Of a stretch of 64,000 bases of DNA, positions 41,701 to 50,526 are shown piece after piece. The translations under genes and the position numbers were made by a program. Within the stretch, counting starts at the first letter, position 1. Each line of letters begins with the position of its first letter. Origin of the DNA: Actinomycetes bacterium (GTDB taxonomy: Bacteria; Actinomycetota; Actinomycetes; S36-B12; UBA5976). The stretch is from NCBI GenBank assembly GCA_037137575.1, contig JBAXKB010000003.1, positions 1,314 through 65,313 of the forward strand, written 5' to 3'. The notes under the pieces were generated by a model, which saw nothing but the letters and a program-made list of their open reading frames with translations, did no database searches and was not told where the DNA came from.

Positions 41701-42216
41701 TTAGTTGGTTGCAGGTGAATCTTTATCATCATTATTAGAAAGCGCACCAAGTTCTTCTAATAATGACTTTATCTCGCCACGTAAGTAGTCGCGAGTTGCT
41801 AGTTCGCCAATTGCCATTCGCAGAGCAGCAACTTCGCGCGTTAAGTAGTCAGCATCAGCCAACAAGCGCTCAGTTTGATCGCGATCTTCCTGGAATTGAA
41901 CGCGGTCGCGATCTGCCTGACGATTCTGGGCAAGCAAAATTAGCGGAGCTGCATATGATGCCTGAAGGGAAAGTACCAAAGTCAAAAATAAGAATGGGTA
42001 TGCATCAATTTGCGCATCTTTTGGTGCAAAAATATTCCAAAGCAACCACCCAACGATTGCTAGGGTCATGTACCCAAGGAAACGCCACGATCCGAGGAAT
42101 CTTGCTACTCGCTCGCTTAAGCGACCAGCTGTTTCTGAATCAACGCTTGGGCGTAGTGAGCGTGAGCGTTCTAATGGCTGATCCAATCGTGGACCACGTC
42201 GTTCTTCGCGTGCCAT
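41701..42216 (-). CDS. DUF1003 membrane protein
   Basis: 171 aa with two TM helices followed by a QNRQADRDR motif and a coiled coil. Confidence 0.7.
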   Translation of the reverse strand: MAREERRGPRLDQPLERSRSLRPSVDSETAGRLSERVARFLGSWRFLGYMTLAIVGWLLWNIFAPKDAQIDAYPFLFLTLVLSLQASYAAPLILLAQNRQADRDRVQFQEDRDQTERLLADADYLTREVAALRMAIGELATRDYLRGEIKSLLEELGALSNNDDKDSPATN

Positions 42217-42218
42217 AA

Positions 42219-43469
42219 TCAGCCCTCCTCATCGTTCTCGTTTTCCCGCCAATCGTCAGGCAGCATGTGGTCAATTACATCGTCAATGGTGACAGCGCCT
42301 AACAAGTGTCCATTCTCGTCTACAACGGGCAATGCAACCAAGTTGTATGTCGCGAAATAACGGGCGACTTGGCCTAAAGGCGCGTCAGGGCCAATTGGTT
42401 CAAGGGAACTATCCAAGATGGCTGAAACAAGTGTTGCAGGCGCTTCACGCAATAAGCGCTGCACATGAGCCACGCCAATGTAACGACCAGTAGGTGTTTC
42501 AATCGGTGGGCGTACAACATAAACCTGAGAAGCAACAGCTGGAGATAGTTCGGGCACTCGCACTCGGGCTAACGCTTCGGCAACCGTGGCATCAGAGGAA
42601 ACCAAAATTGGTTCGGTAGTCATCATGCCGCCAGCGCTGAAATCGTCGTAAGCCAAAAGGCGCCGCAAGTCTTCAGCATCTTCTGGTTCCATAGCTTCTA
42701 GGAATGCTTGGGCACGTTCAGGTGGGAGTTCGCTCAGCAAGTCAGCAGCGTCGTCTGGGTCCATCTCTTCGAGAACATCTGTTGCTCGCTCGAGTCCGAG
42801 TTCAGAAATAATTTCAACTCGATCGTCTTCAGGAAGTTCCTCAACTACGTCGGCCAACAAATTCAGATCAAGTTGGGCAACAACCTCTAGTCGACGCTTA
42901 GGTGTTAAGCCTTGTAATACGTTTGCGATGTCTGCCGCGCGCATTGAGTGGATTGACTTAAGCAGTGAATCAACACCCTGCGGCTCGAATTCAGCGAACA
43001 AACCAGTTACTTCATTCCAGTCAACAGTCACTGTTGGGCCACGGCGGCCAAAACGACTTTCACCTTTGCGAATGAACAGACGTGAGACGTACCAGTCATG
43101 AAGTCGACCAGATACCATGGCGATGTCTTCAACAGTGCCTTTTTCGCCGGTGACTAATAGATTGACTCTTTGATCGAGTAACTCAGCAATCACTAGTTTC
43201 TCGTCATTGCGACGTTCGAATCGACGTAGATTCACCATTCCGCTGGTCACAACAGAGCCTGGATCCATTGCGGTAATTCGCGACATGGGCACAAAAATTC
43301 GACGGCGTGGGGCGACTTCAACCACTAGACCGAGCACATTTGGCGCCTTGTCCGTATCGCGGGCAAGCACGACAATATCGCGGATTTTGCCCACACGGTC
43401 ACCCGCTGTATCAAAAACCGCTGTTCCGGCCAATCGGGCCAGATAAACGCGCGTTGCTGTAGTAGTCAC
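42219..43469 (-). CDS. MgtE-N-terminal-domain / CBS-pair protein (no transmembrane domain)
   Basis: 416 aa, with PRC-barrel-like, MgtE_N-like (acidic helical repeats) and tandem CBS regions. It ends before any TM segment, like the mycobacterial Rv1232c type. Confidence 0.8.
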   Translation of the reverse strand: MTTTATRVYLARLAGTAVFDTAGDRVGKIRDIVVLARDTDKAPNVLGLVVEVAPRRRIFVPMSRITAMDPGSVVTSGMVNLRRFERRNDEKLVIAELLDQRVNLLVTGEKGTVEDIAMVSGRLHDWYVSRLFIRKGESRFGRRGPTVTVDWNEVTGLFAEFEPQGVDSLLKSIHSMRAADIANVLQGLTPKRRLEVVAQLDLNLLADVVEELPEDDRVEIISELGLERATDVLEEMDPDDAADLLSELPPERAQAFLEAMEPEDAEDLRRLLAYDDFSAGGMMTTEPILVSSDATVAEALARVRVPELSPAVASQVYVVRPPIETPTGRYIGVAHVQRLLREAPATLVSAILDSSLEPIGPDAPLGQVARYFATYNLVALPVVDENGHLLGAVTIDDVIDHMLPDDWRENENDEEG

Positions 43470-43533
43470 ACGTGAAGATTACCCCAAAAAATCAGTCAGG
43501 TAGACTTTCCTTAATAAACACAGGGGAGTTCGC

Positions 43534-44235
43534 GTGATTAGCGCTGGTTCGTTACTAGGCAAGATGGTGCGTTCGCTCTGTCGTGTCTCGGTATACGGAC
43601 GCGCCAATCTAGATGTTTTGGAGCAGCCGGGCCCAGCTTTAATTGTGGTGAACCATACGACAGTTGTAGATGTCATCGTAGTTTTAGGCACACTGCACAA
43701 TATGGGTTTCACTTGTGATCTGCCGTGCGAAGGCGAGTGCACACATCGGCGCCACATTCGGCCTATCGGCACTTCAGATTTATGGGACTATCCAGTTACC
43801 AAGCAAGCATGCACCAAGAGCGGCATTATTCCAGTGGATCAACACGATGGCCGCGCTGCATATCGCGCCGCGCTTGAAGCACTGCGTGCTGGTGAGTGTG
43901 TGCTTATTTACCCCGAAGGCGATGTCAAAGTTCACGACGATGGTTCTCCTCGCGATTGGCGCCCGGGCGCTGCAGGCTTAGCAAAATCGGCGTCTGTCAC
44001 AGTTGTGCCAATTGCACACCATGACAGCCGAACCTTAGGTTCGGGTTCTGTTGCTAAAAGTGTTTTGTGGAGCTTCACCGGCGCACTACGAGTCCCAATT
44101 ATTCGGATGCGAATTGGCAAACCAGTATCTGCCTTTGAATTGGCCCAGAAAAACTCTAAAGAAGTAAATGAAGTGCTTTCAAAAGCGTTGAATCAGACCT
44201 GGCAAGAAGCAAGCTCTGGTGTCGTCTTTGACTAG
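43534..44235 (+). CDS. lysophospholipid (1-acyl-sn-glycerol-3-phosphate) acyltransferase family protein
   Basis: HX4D motif (NHTTVVD) and a YPEG motif. Confidence 0.8.
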   Translation: MISAGSLLGKMVRSLCRVSVYGRANLDVLEQPGPALIVVNHTTVVDVIVVLGTLHNMGFTCDLPCEGECTHRRHIRPIGTSDLWDYPVTKQACTKSGIIPVDQHDGRAAYRAALEALRAGECVLIYPEGDVKVHDDGSPRDWRPGAAGLAKSASVTVVPIAHHDSRTLGSGSVAKSVLWSFTGALRVPIIRMRIGKPVSAFELAQKNSKEVNEVLSKALNQTWQEASSGVVFD

Positions 44236-45707
44236 TCGCTTGCTGCTTCAGGCGTATTAGTTCCACGCGTACGTTTACGTGGTGCACGTTGGGTCCGCTC
44301 TTTAGGCGCATCCTCGGTTTTTATTTCAGAAGTGCGAGCTGGTTTAGCTCTATCTGTTCTTTGCCCACCAGATTTGTTATCGCGCGCAGGCTTATTAGTT
44401 CGTGGTGCGCTGTTGCCACCCTTGCGTTTGCCGGTTTCGCCAAGTTCTTCGATGGTTTCTGCGCCAAGGCCAGCGCGACTTTGATTAGCCGTAGGCAGCT
44501 GCCCCGTGATTCCAGCAGGAATGTTTAATCCTGCGTAGACATGCGGACTTGATGAGTAAGTTTCTAGTGGATCGTTGAACGCCAATCCCAGTGTGCGGTT
44601 GATCATCTGCCAACGATTGGTGTCTTGCCAGTCGACCAAAGTGATGGCCACGCCAGTATTTCCAGCACGGCCAGTACGACCAATGCGGTGTACATAAGTT
44701 TTATCGTCTTCAGGGCATTCGTAGTTGATAACGTGTGTTACATCAGCAACATCGATACCACGAGCAGCAACATCAGTTGCTACCAGCACATCAACTTTGC
44801 CGTTTCGGAATGCGCGCAATGCTTGTTCACGAGCGCCTTGTCCTAAGTCGCCATGTACCGAGGCAACAGCAAAGCCACGCTCACTTAGGTTTTCGCTAAG
44901 CGAACTAGCAACTCGCTTAGTGCGACAAAAAATAATGGTTAATCCGCGACCAGTTGCCTGCAAAACGCGAGCTACTAATTCTGGCTTATCCATTTGGTGC
45001 GCACGCCAAACGTGCTGCTCGATTGCATCGACAATTGAAGATTCGTTTGTCGGATCGCTGGCACGAATGTGGGTTGGCTGTGACATGTAGCGTCGAGCAA
45101 GTGCCACAATCTGGCCTGGCATAGTTGCAGAAAACAACATGGTGTGACGAGCAGTAGGTAAGTTGCTTACTAGATTTTCAACATCTGGCAAAAAGCCCAT
45201 GTCTAACATTTCATCAGCTTCGTCAAGTACAAGAACTCGCACGTTCTTTAAATTCAAATGACGTTGTTTCATCAGGTCAATAAGTCGACCCGGAGTGCCA
45301 ACTGCTACGTCAACTCCTTTTTCGAGCGCTGCGATTTGTGGTTCATAAGCTTTGCCACCGTAGACACTCAAAATTTCGACATCTAATTTTGCGGCTGCTT
45401 GAGACAAGTCGCTCGCGACCTGGATTGCGAGTTCGCGCGTTGGCACAATTACAAGAGCAAGGGGAGTGCGACCCACATCAGAGGTTTTCTTTTCAAGCAC
45501 CTGAGTGAGTAGCGGGATGCCGAATCCTAAAGTTTTGCCAGTTCCAGTTTTGGCTTGCCCAATAAGATCCTGGCCAGCCATTGCAATAGGCAAGGTCATT
45601 TCTTGGATTGGGAATGCCTCAATGATTCCCTGTTCGCTCAGTGCGGCGCAGATTTGCTCGGGAACACCGAGTTCAGCAAAAGTCGAGATGGTAACTCCCA
45701 GTTTCAT
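44232..45707 (-). CDS. rhlE: DEAD-box ATP-dependent RNA helicase
   Basis: Q motif, AKTGTGKT, DEAD, SAT and HRIGRTGRAG motifs, plus a basic C-terminal tail. I prefer the ATG at 45707, because the upstream 45 codons of the ORF are antisense to the neighbouring gene. Confidence 0.93.
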   Translation of the reverse strand: MKLGVTISTFAELGVPEQICAALSEQGIIEAFPIQEMTLPIAMAGQDLIGQAKTGTGKTLGFGIPLLTQVLEKKTSDVGRTPLALVIVPTRELAIQVASDLSQAAAKLDVEILSVYGGKAYEPQIAALEKGVDVAVGTPGRLIDLMKQRHLNLKNVRVLVLDEADEMLDMGFLPDVENLVSNLPTARHTMLFSATMPGQIVALARRYMSQPTHIRASDPTNESSIVDAIEQHVWRAHQMDKPELVARVLQATGRGLTIIFCRTKRVASSLSENLSERGFAVASVHGDLGQGAREQALRAFRNGKVDVLVATDVAARGIDVADVTHVINYECPEDDKTYVHRIGRTGRAGNTGVAITLVDWQDTNRWQMINRTLGLAFNDPLETYSSSPHVYAGLNIPAGITGQLPTANQSRAGLGAETIEELGETGKRKGGNSAPRTNKPARDNKSGGQRTDRAKPARTSEIKTEDAPKERTQRAPRKRTRGTNTPEAASD

Positions 45708-45771
45708 GGATAGCCCAGAAATACTAGGGCTATGCCCAGCGTACCGCCGAACTAGCGTAACCTTAAATGCT

Positions 45772-46425
45772 GTGAGCAATCCTGCAGTAATTGACCTACT
45801 TGGCGTCCTGGCTTTCGGTGAACTAGTTGCCTTTGAGCGCACCGCAAATGATGCGAAATTTGCCCCTGGTGTAAGCGAGAAAATTGCTCTTGGCCGAATG
45901 GCAGCTAGTGAGTATCGTCACTATGAAGCAGTCTCAGCGCGCATTGTCGAATTAGGCGCAGACCCAATTGTGGCGATGGAACCTTTTATTGAACCGCTAA
46001 CCCAGTTTCATAACACTATGGAACCGAGTAACTGGCTCGAAGGGTTACTAAAGGCTTATGTCGGAGATGGAATTACTGCCGATTTCTATCGCGAGATTTC
46101 TGTTTACCTAGACCCACAAACCGTGACGTTAGTGAATGAAGTTTTAGGCGATATCGGTATTGCTGAATTTGCGATCGATCACATTAAGCGCGCAATTGTG
46201 CAAGATCCAAAAAATGCTGGCAAGTTAGCGCTTTGGGGTCGCAGACTTATGGGTGAAATGATTTCGCAAGCATCACTTGTTGCCAAAACTCGACCAGCAC
46301 TTGCTGGATTATTTTTAAATCCACCTGCAGGTGTTGAAATAGATTTGGACAACATGTCGACATTAGTTAGTCGACTAACAGTGGGGCATTCGCGTCGGAT
46401 GGACGCATTAGGCCTAGCTGCCTAA
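45772..46425 (+). CDS. ferritin-like-fold protein (conserved actinobacterial, rhlE-adjacent)
   Basis: Helical, with paired E/H-containing motifs (FGELVAFER, EYRHYEA). The start is uncertain: GTG 45772 is preferred, and ATG 45706 would overlap the rhlE start codon in a CATG. Confidence 0.65.
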   Translation: MSNPAVIDLLGVLAFGELVAFERTANDAKFAPGVSEKIALGRMAASEYRHYEAVSARIVELGADPIVAMEPFIEPLTQFHNTMEPSNWLEGLLKAYVGDGITADFYREISVYLDPQTVTLVNEVLGDIGIAEFAIDHIKRAIVQDPKNAGKLALWGRRLMGEMISQASLVAKTRPALAGLFLNPPAGVEIDLDNMSTLVSRLTVGHSRRMDALGLAA

Positions 46426-46650
46426 TTAGTCAGTAGCAAAACCTACGCGCCCAGCGCTGTTAGCACCGATTTCGACAAAAGCAATTTTTCCCCCGGGCAC
46501 AATTACGCGACGACCTTTTTCGTCAACCAAAGTCAAAATTTCGCCGGACTCAACCGCTTTGTTGATTAGCTTTGCGACATCGTCAGGTGTTTGATTGCTT
46601 TCCAAAACAATTTCCCGACTTGCGTCCTGAACATTAATGCGAATTTCCAC
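46426..46650 (-). CDS. DUF3107 (TB9.4-like) small protein
   Basis: 74 aa. MEIRINVQDASREIVLES... matches the conserved DUF3107 family in the same syntenic slot as mycobacterial TB9.4. Confidence 0.75.
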   Translation of the reverse strand: MEIRINVQDASREIVLESNQTPDDVAKLINKAVESGEILTLVDEKGRRVIVPGGKIAFVEIGANSAGRVGFATD

Positions 46651-46795
46651 GGTTTCTGCCGATCTCTTGAGAATCTGTTACTTACTTATTATCGTCTGCC
46701 GCCAGACAAGTAGCGAACATATGGGCTCATTTGGCTGGGAACATACATATGCGAGAAACTGTTACCTAAAGTAACGCACATACAAGGGAGCAAAC

Positions 46796-47986
46796 ATGTC
46801 GTTGCCACCGTTGGTACAACCGGCTGTAGAGCTAAGTGTTGATGAAGTTCGCCGTTATAGCCGGCACATCATCATCCCTGACGTTGGCATGATTGGGCAG
46901 AAGCGCCTTAAGAATGCTCGAGTTTTGTGTATTGGTGCTGGCGGACTTGGTAGTCCTGCACTCATGTACCTCGCTGCAGCAGGTGTTGGCACGATTGGCA
47001 TTGTTGAATTCGATGTTGTGGACGAATCAAACTTGCAGCGTCAGATCATTCATGGTCACAGTGACATTGGTCGATCAAAAGCACAAAGCGCAGCAGATAG
47101 TGTGCGCGAAATTAATCCGTATGTTCAGGTAAACATTCACGAAATGCGACTTGATTCCACAAATGTGCTGGATCTATTCAGTCAGTACGACTTGATTGTT
47201 GATGGCACTGACAACTTTGCTACTCGTTACTTAGTCAACGACGCCTGTGTTTTATTGAACAAGCCTTATGTGTGGGGTTCTATTTACCGCTTTGATGGTC
47301 AGTCGAGTGTATTTTGGTCCCAACATGGCCCTTGCTATCGCTGCCTTTACCCAGAACCACCACCGCCGGGCATGGTTCCTTCTTGTGCTGAAGGTGGCGT
47401 ACTTGGTGTGCTGTGTGCCGCAATCGGTTCAATCCAGGTAAATGAAGCAATCAAAGTTTTAGCTGGAATTGGCGAACCACTTGTTGGCTCACTCATGGTT
47501 TATGACGCACTTGAAATGACTTACCGCAAAATCAAGATTCGTAAAGATCCTGATTGTGCAATTTGTGGAACCAATCCAACCGTTACTGAATTGATTGACT
47601 ATGAAGCATTCTGTGGCGCTGTCTCTGATGAGGCAGCTTCCGCAGTTGTAGATTCAACAATTAACGTGAAGCAACTTTCGCAGATGCTGATCGAGCGCGA
47701 CCGTGGCGAACGCGATTTTGTTTTAATTGATGTGCGCGAACCAAACGAATTCGAAATCGTAAGCATTCCTGGTTCAGTTCTAATTCCAAAGAACGAATTC
47801 TTAATGGGTAATGCGTTAGCTGATTTGCCGCAAGACAAGCAGGTTGTTTTGCATTGTAAAGTTGGCGGCCGATCTGCTGAAGTTCTAGCGGTAGTTAAAG
47901 GCGCTGGATTTGCTGATGCAATTCATGTTGGCGGTGGCGTTATTGCTTGGGTTAATCAGATTGAGCCAGAAAAGCCGACTTATTAA
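46796..47986 (+). CDS. moeZ: adenylyltransferase/sulfurtransferase MoeZ (E1-like + rhodanese)
   Basis: ThiF/MoeB Rossmann motif (GAGGLGSP), two CxxC pairs, and a C-terminal rhodanese domain with the active-site loop CKVGGRS. Confidence 0.92.
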   Translation: MSLPPLVQPAVELSVDEVRRYSRHIIIPDVGMIGQKRLKNARVLCIGAGGLGSPALMYLAAAGVGTIGIVEFDVVDESNLQRQIIHGHSDIGRSKAQSAADSVREINPYVQVNIHEMRLDSTNVLDLFSQYDLIVDGTDNFATRYLVNDACVLLNKPYVWGSIYRFDGQSSVFWSQHGPCYRCLYPEPPPPGMVPSCAEGGVLGVLCAAIGSIQVNEAIKVLAGIGEPLVGSLMVYDALEMTYRKIKIRKDPDCAICGTNPTVTELIDYEAFCGAVSDEAASAVVDSTINVKQLSQMLIERDRGERDFVLIDVREPNEFEIVSIPGSVLIPKNEFLMGNALADLPQDKQVVLHCKVGGRSAEVLAVVKGAGFADAIHVGGGVIAWVNQIEPEKPTY

Positions 47987-50362
47987 TTAAAGGTCGCCAG
48001 ATTTTTGCAGGCGACCAAACGCAATCCAGCCTGGGATGGTTGGAAGCCAGAAAGTGCCTAAGCGAAATAGCAGTGTTGCCGAAACCGCAATTTCACCTTG
48101 AATTCCAGTTGCGGTTAGGCCAGCAGCCAAAGCCGCTTCAACCGCACCCAGGCCACCGGGTGTTGGGGCTGCTTGCGCAACAACGCTACTTCCCAAATAG
48201 ACCAATGCGACTCCAACAATGGATGCCTTTGGCGTGAATGCTAGAACACAGAAATACAAACATAAGCAGTAACACAAATTCAGCATCAATACGCCGCCGA
48301 TACCTTGGCTAAGTTTGCGTGGCTGATTGATAAGTGCAGCAAGACGTGGAATCACTTGCTCAATAATTGGGCGCACGCGACCAATAAGCTGTTTGCGCAC
48401 TGATGTGAAACTCAGAGCAATTGAAATCGCCATAGCTATAACTCCAACAACCAAAACTGCTGTTCTTGTCGGGGCAAACGATAAGTCGCTTGCAGTACCA
48501 GCGGCAATTGCAGCAATAAGCAGCAAAGTTATGTGGCTAAAGAAAGCTAAGACTTGAGCAACAGCCACACTTGCACCAGCAAGAGCGCTGTTGATTCCTT
48601 GTTTAGTTAAGAATCGAATATTGACGGCGACTGAGCCAAGTGTGGGTGGAGCAACCAATGTTGCAAAAGATGCAGCCCACTGCGCTTGAAATGTTTTCCA
48701 AAAAGGTAGTCGCTCTGGCGTTACTCCAGTAAGTGAAAGCGTGGCAGCGACATAAGTCAAAGCTGATAATCCGAGTGCGATCAAGAGGTAGATGGGATTG
48801 GCGTGCGCAATTAAATTATTTAGATTTACCTGTGCAAGTTGGGTCAGGAGGAGATAGCCAGCGATAGTTCCACCAGCGATGGTTAATAGCGTGCGCGGTT
48901 TGATGCGCTCGATTTCAATTTGCTCGGTTTCAGCTTCGGGGAAAAGTGTGATGAGTTGTTCACGGATCTGGACTAAAAGTTCGTGATGCTCTTTGAGCTG
49001 ATTCCGGGTCTCGGTTGAAAATGCAACAAGCTGCAGAGCTGGAAGGGCTTTTGCTAGGTGAGCATCACCGAGGACCATGCGACCTGCAGCCATTGCTCGC
49101 GCCGGAGAGGCTAGTAATGACAATGTGCAAAACATTTCAGCTAAGTCAATCCGCAGCAATACATCCGATGCCGCAATAGCGCCGTCTTCAACACCAATCA
49201 GGTAAACCTTGCCGTCGCGACCGAGCAGTAGGTGCTCGTCAGTAAGCGAGCGGTGGGCAATTCGAGCTGCTTGCAGGTCGCGCACAATTTCCCAAGCGCC
49301 AACCAATTCAGCATCACCAATCGGTTTTGGCAGATTAGAAAATATGCGCCCTGGGATGTGTTCAAAAGCGAGTACTGCCGAGTCGGGGCCAACTTCTGCA
49401 ACTGAAATCAAGTGTGGAGTATTAATGCCAGCTGTTGAGATTGCCCAGCTATTTAACGCGGTTCGTTCAAGTCGGCGGCGCATTGAAGTACCAGCGCTGC
49501 CAGTTTCGTCACGAAGTCGGATAGAACGGTAGGCCGACGTTGCCAGGCCGCCACCTTCAAGATCGCGGTCAAGAATTACAAGATCTAGGCGCTCGTTATC
49601 AACAGTGGTTGCGTCGTATCGACGACCCGAACTAAGTACTTTAGCTGCACTGAGCAAAGTAAGTGGGTGGCCGATGCCTGCCAATGTTGCCGCAATTTCA
49701 TTTCCGGTGGGCCGAGTTGTATCAGTGCCAAGGAAGTAGCGAATTAACAGGCCAACAGCCCAGCCAGTCAAAACTGAGACGCTCAATCCTGCGACGGTTG
49801 CGCCGCCGCTAATGATGTCGCCAAGGCCAACCGAGAATAAAACAATCAGGCAGATTATTGGCCATCTAGACCGCGACATCATGCGGGAAACTGTTACGAG
49901 TGTGGCTAAGCCGCCAAGAAGTACGTTAAAAGGTGTTGGTGAAACTAGGTGACTCGAACCGGCGAAGGCTGTAATTAACCGAACTGACCCAAGTGTTGTC
50001 AAAGTGAAGGTGGCGAAGCCCAAGAGGACAATAGTTGCAAGCATTCCAGCAAGTGCTTCTATTAACTGTCGGCCACGACGACGCAGCATCATATCGACCG
50101 AAACTGCTGCTGGGAAAACGATCGCACCAAAACCACTCACGATTGAGGCAAGCAGTAGTACTGGTTTTGGAAGTGTGTTAGCACCTAAGGTGATGTCTTG
50201 ATCGATGCCGCTTGTAGTGCGATGTGCAATGTAAGCCAAAAGGCCAACCGCAACAATGCTAAGGGCCACAGTGGCAAAGCGGGCCAAGTCTGCAGGGCGA
50301 CGCAAGCGGCGTTCCAGGACAGCGTCCTCAATAACCAAAGTCTGGCGCGCAGTGCCGGGCAT
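47987..50362 (-). CDS. large integral membrane protein: N-terminal TM bundle, central kinase-like domain, C-terminal UPF0104/MprF-type TM domain
   Basis: 791 aa. About six N-terminal TM helices are followed by a soluble region at roughly aa 245-445 with a kinase-like pattern (LAFEHIPG hinge, IAHRSLTDEHLLL, LIGVEDG). The C-terminal ~300 aa are multi-TM and resemble the lysylphosphatidylglycerol-synthase TM region. Confidence 0.75.
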   Translation of the reverse strand: MPGTARQTLVIEDAVLERRLRRPADLARFATVALSIVAVGLLAYIAHRTTSGIDQDITLGANTLPKPVLLLASIVSGFGAIVFPAAVSVDMMLRRRGRQLIEALAGMLATIVLLGFATFTLTTLGSVRLITAFAGSSHLVSPTPFNVLLGGLATLVTVSRMMSRSRWPIICLIVLFSVGLGDIISGGATVAGLSVSVLTGWAVGLLIRYFLGTDTTRPTGNEIAATLAGIGHPLTLLSAAKVLSSGRRYDATTVDNERLDLVILDRDLEGGGLATSAYRSIRLRDETGSAGTSMRRRLERTALNSWAISTAGINTPHLISVAEVGPDSAVLAFEHIPGRIFSNLPKPIGDAELVGAWEIVRDLQAARIAHRSLTDEHLLLGRDGKVYLIGVEDGAIAASDVLLRIDLAEMFCTLSLLASPARAMAAGRMVLGDAHLAKALPALQLVAFSTETRNQLKEHHELLVQIREQLITLFPEAETEQIEIERIKPRTLLTIAGGTIAGYLLLTQLAQVNLNNLIAHANPIYLLIALGLSALTYVAATLSLTGVTPERLPFWKTFQAQWAASFATLVAPPTLGSVAVNIRFLTKQGINSALAGASVAVAQVLAFFSHITLLLIAAIAAGTASDLSFAPTRTAVLVVGVIAMAISIALSFTSVRKQLIGRVRPIIEQVIPRLAALINQPRKLSQGIGGVLMLNLCYCLCLYFCVLAFTPKASIVGVALVYLGSSVVAQAAPTPGGLGAVEAALAAGLTATGIQGEIAVSATLLFRLGTFWLPTIPGWIAFGRLQKSGDL

Positions 50363-50495
50363 CTTTGAAATCCTTAGTGCTAAAAGTTGCTTGCCCTCTA
50401 ATCTTGCCCTGAAATGGCTTTGATGTGAAAAACAACAAGCACAACAAGCAAAGGGTTTTGCTGAAATGCCAAGAAATTGTCTAATAAAGCCAAAA

Positions 50496-50518
50496 GTGTC
50501 AGCGGGTCATGGTGAAAT
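50496..50518 (+). promoter_or_regulatory. candidate RecA-NDp/PafBC-type promoter of adnA
   Basis: gTGTCAGcg-N8-TGAAAT, compared with the remembered consensus tTGTCRgtg-N8-TAnnnT. The -10 hexamer ends 8 nt before the ATG at 50527, implying a leaderless or near-leaderless mRNA. Confidence 0.3.
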
Positions 50519-50526
50519 AGTGGGCA

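Noticed and set aside
45505-45842. Mutually overlapping N-terminal extensions of the ferritin-like ORF (from 45505) and the DEAD-box helicase ORF (to 45842)
   Set aside because: Each extension is antisense to the other gene's conserved core. The helicase Q-motif context fits the ATG at 45707. The ferritin-like gene most likely starts at GTG 45772. ATG 45706 would share a CATG with the rhlE start and leave no promoter space.
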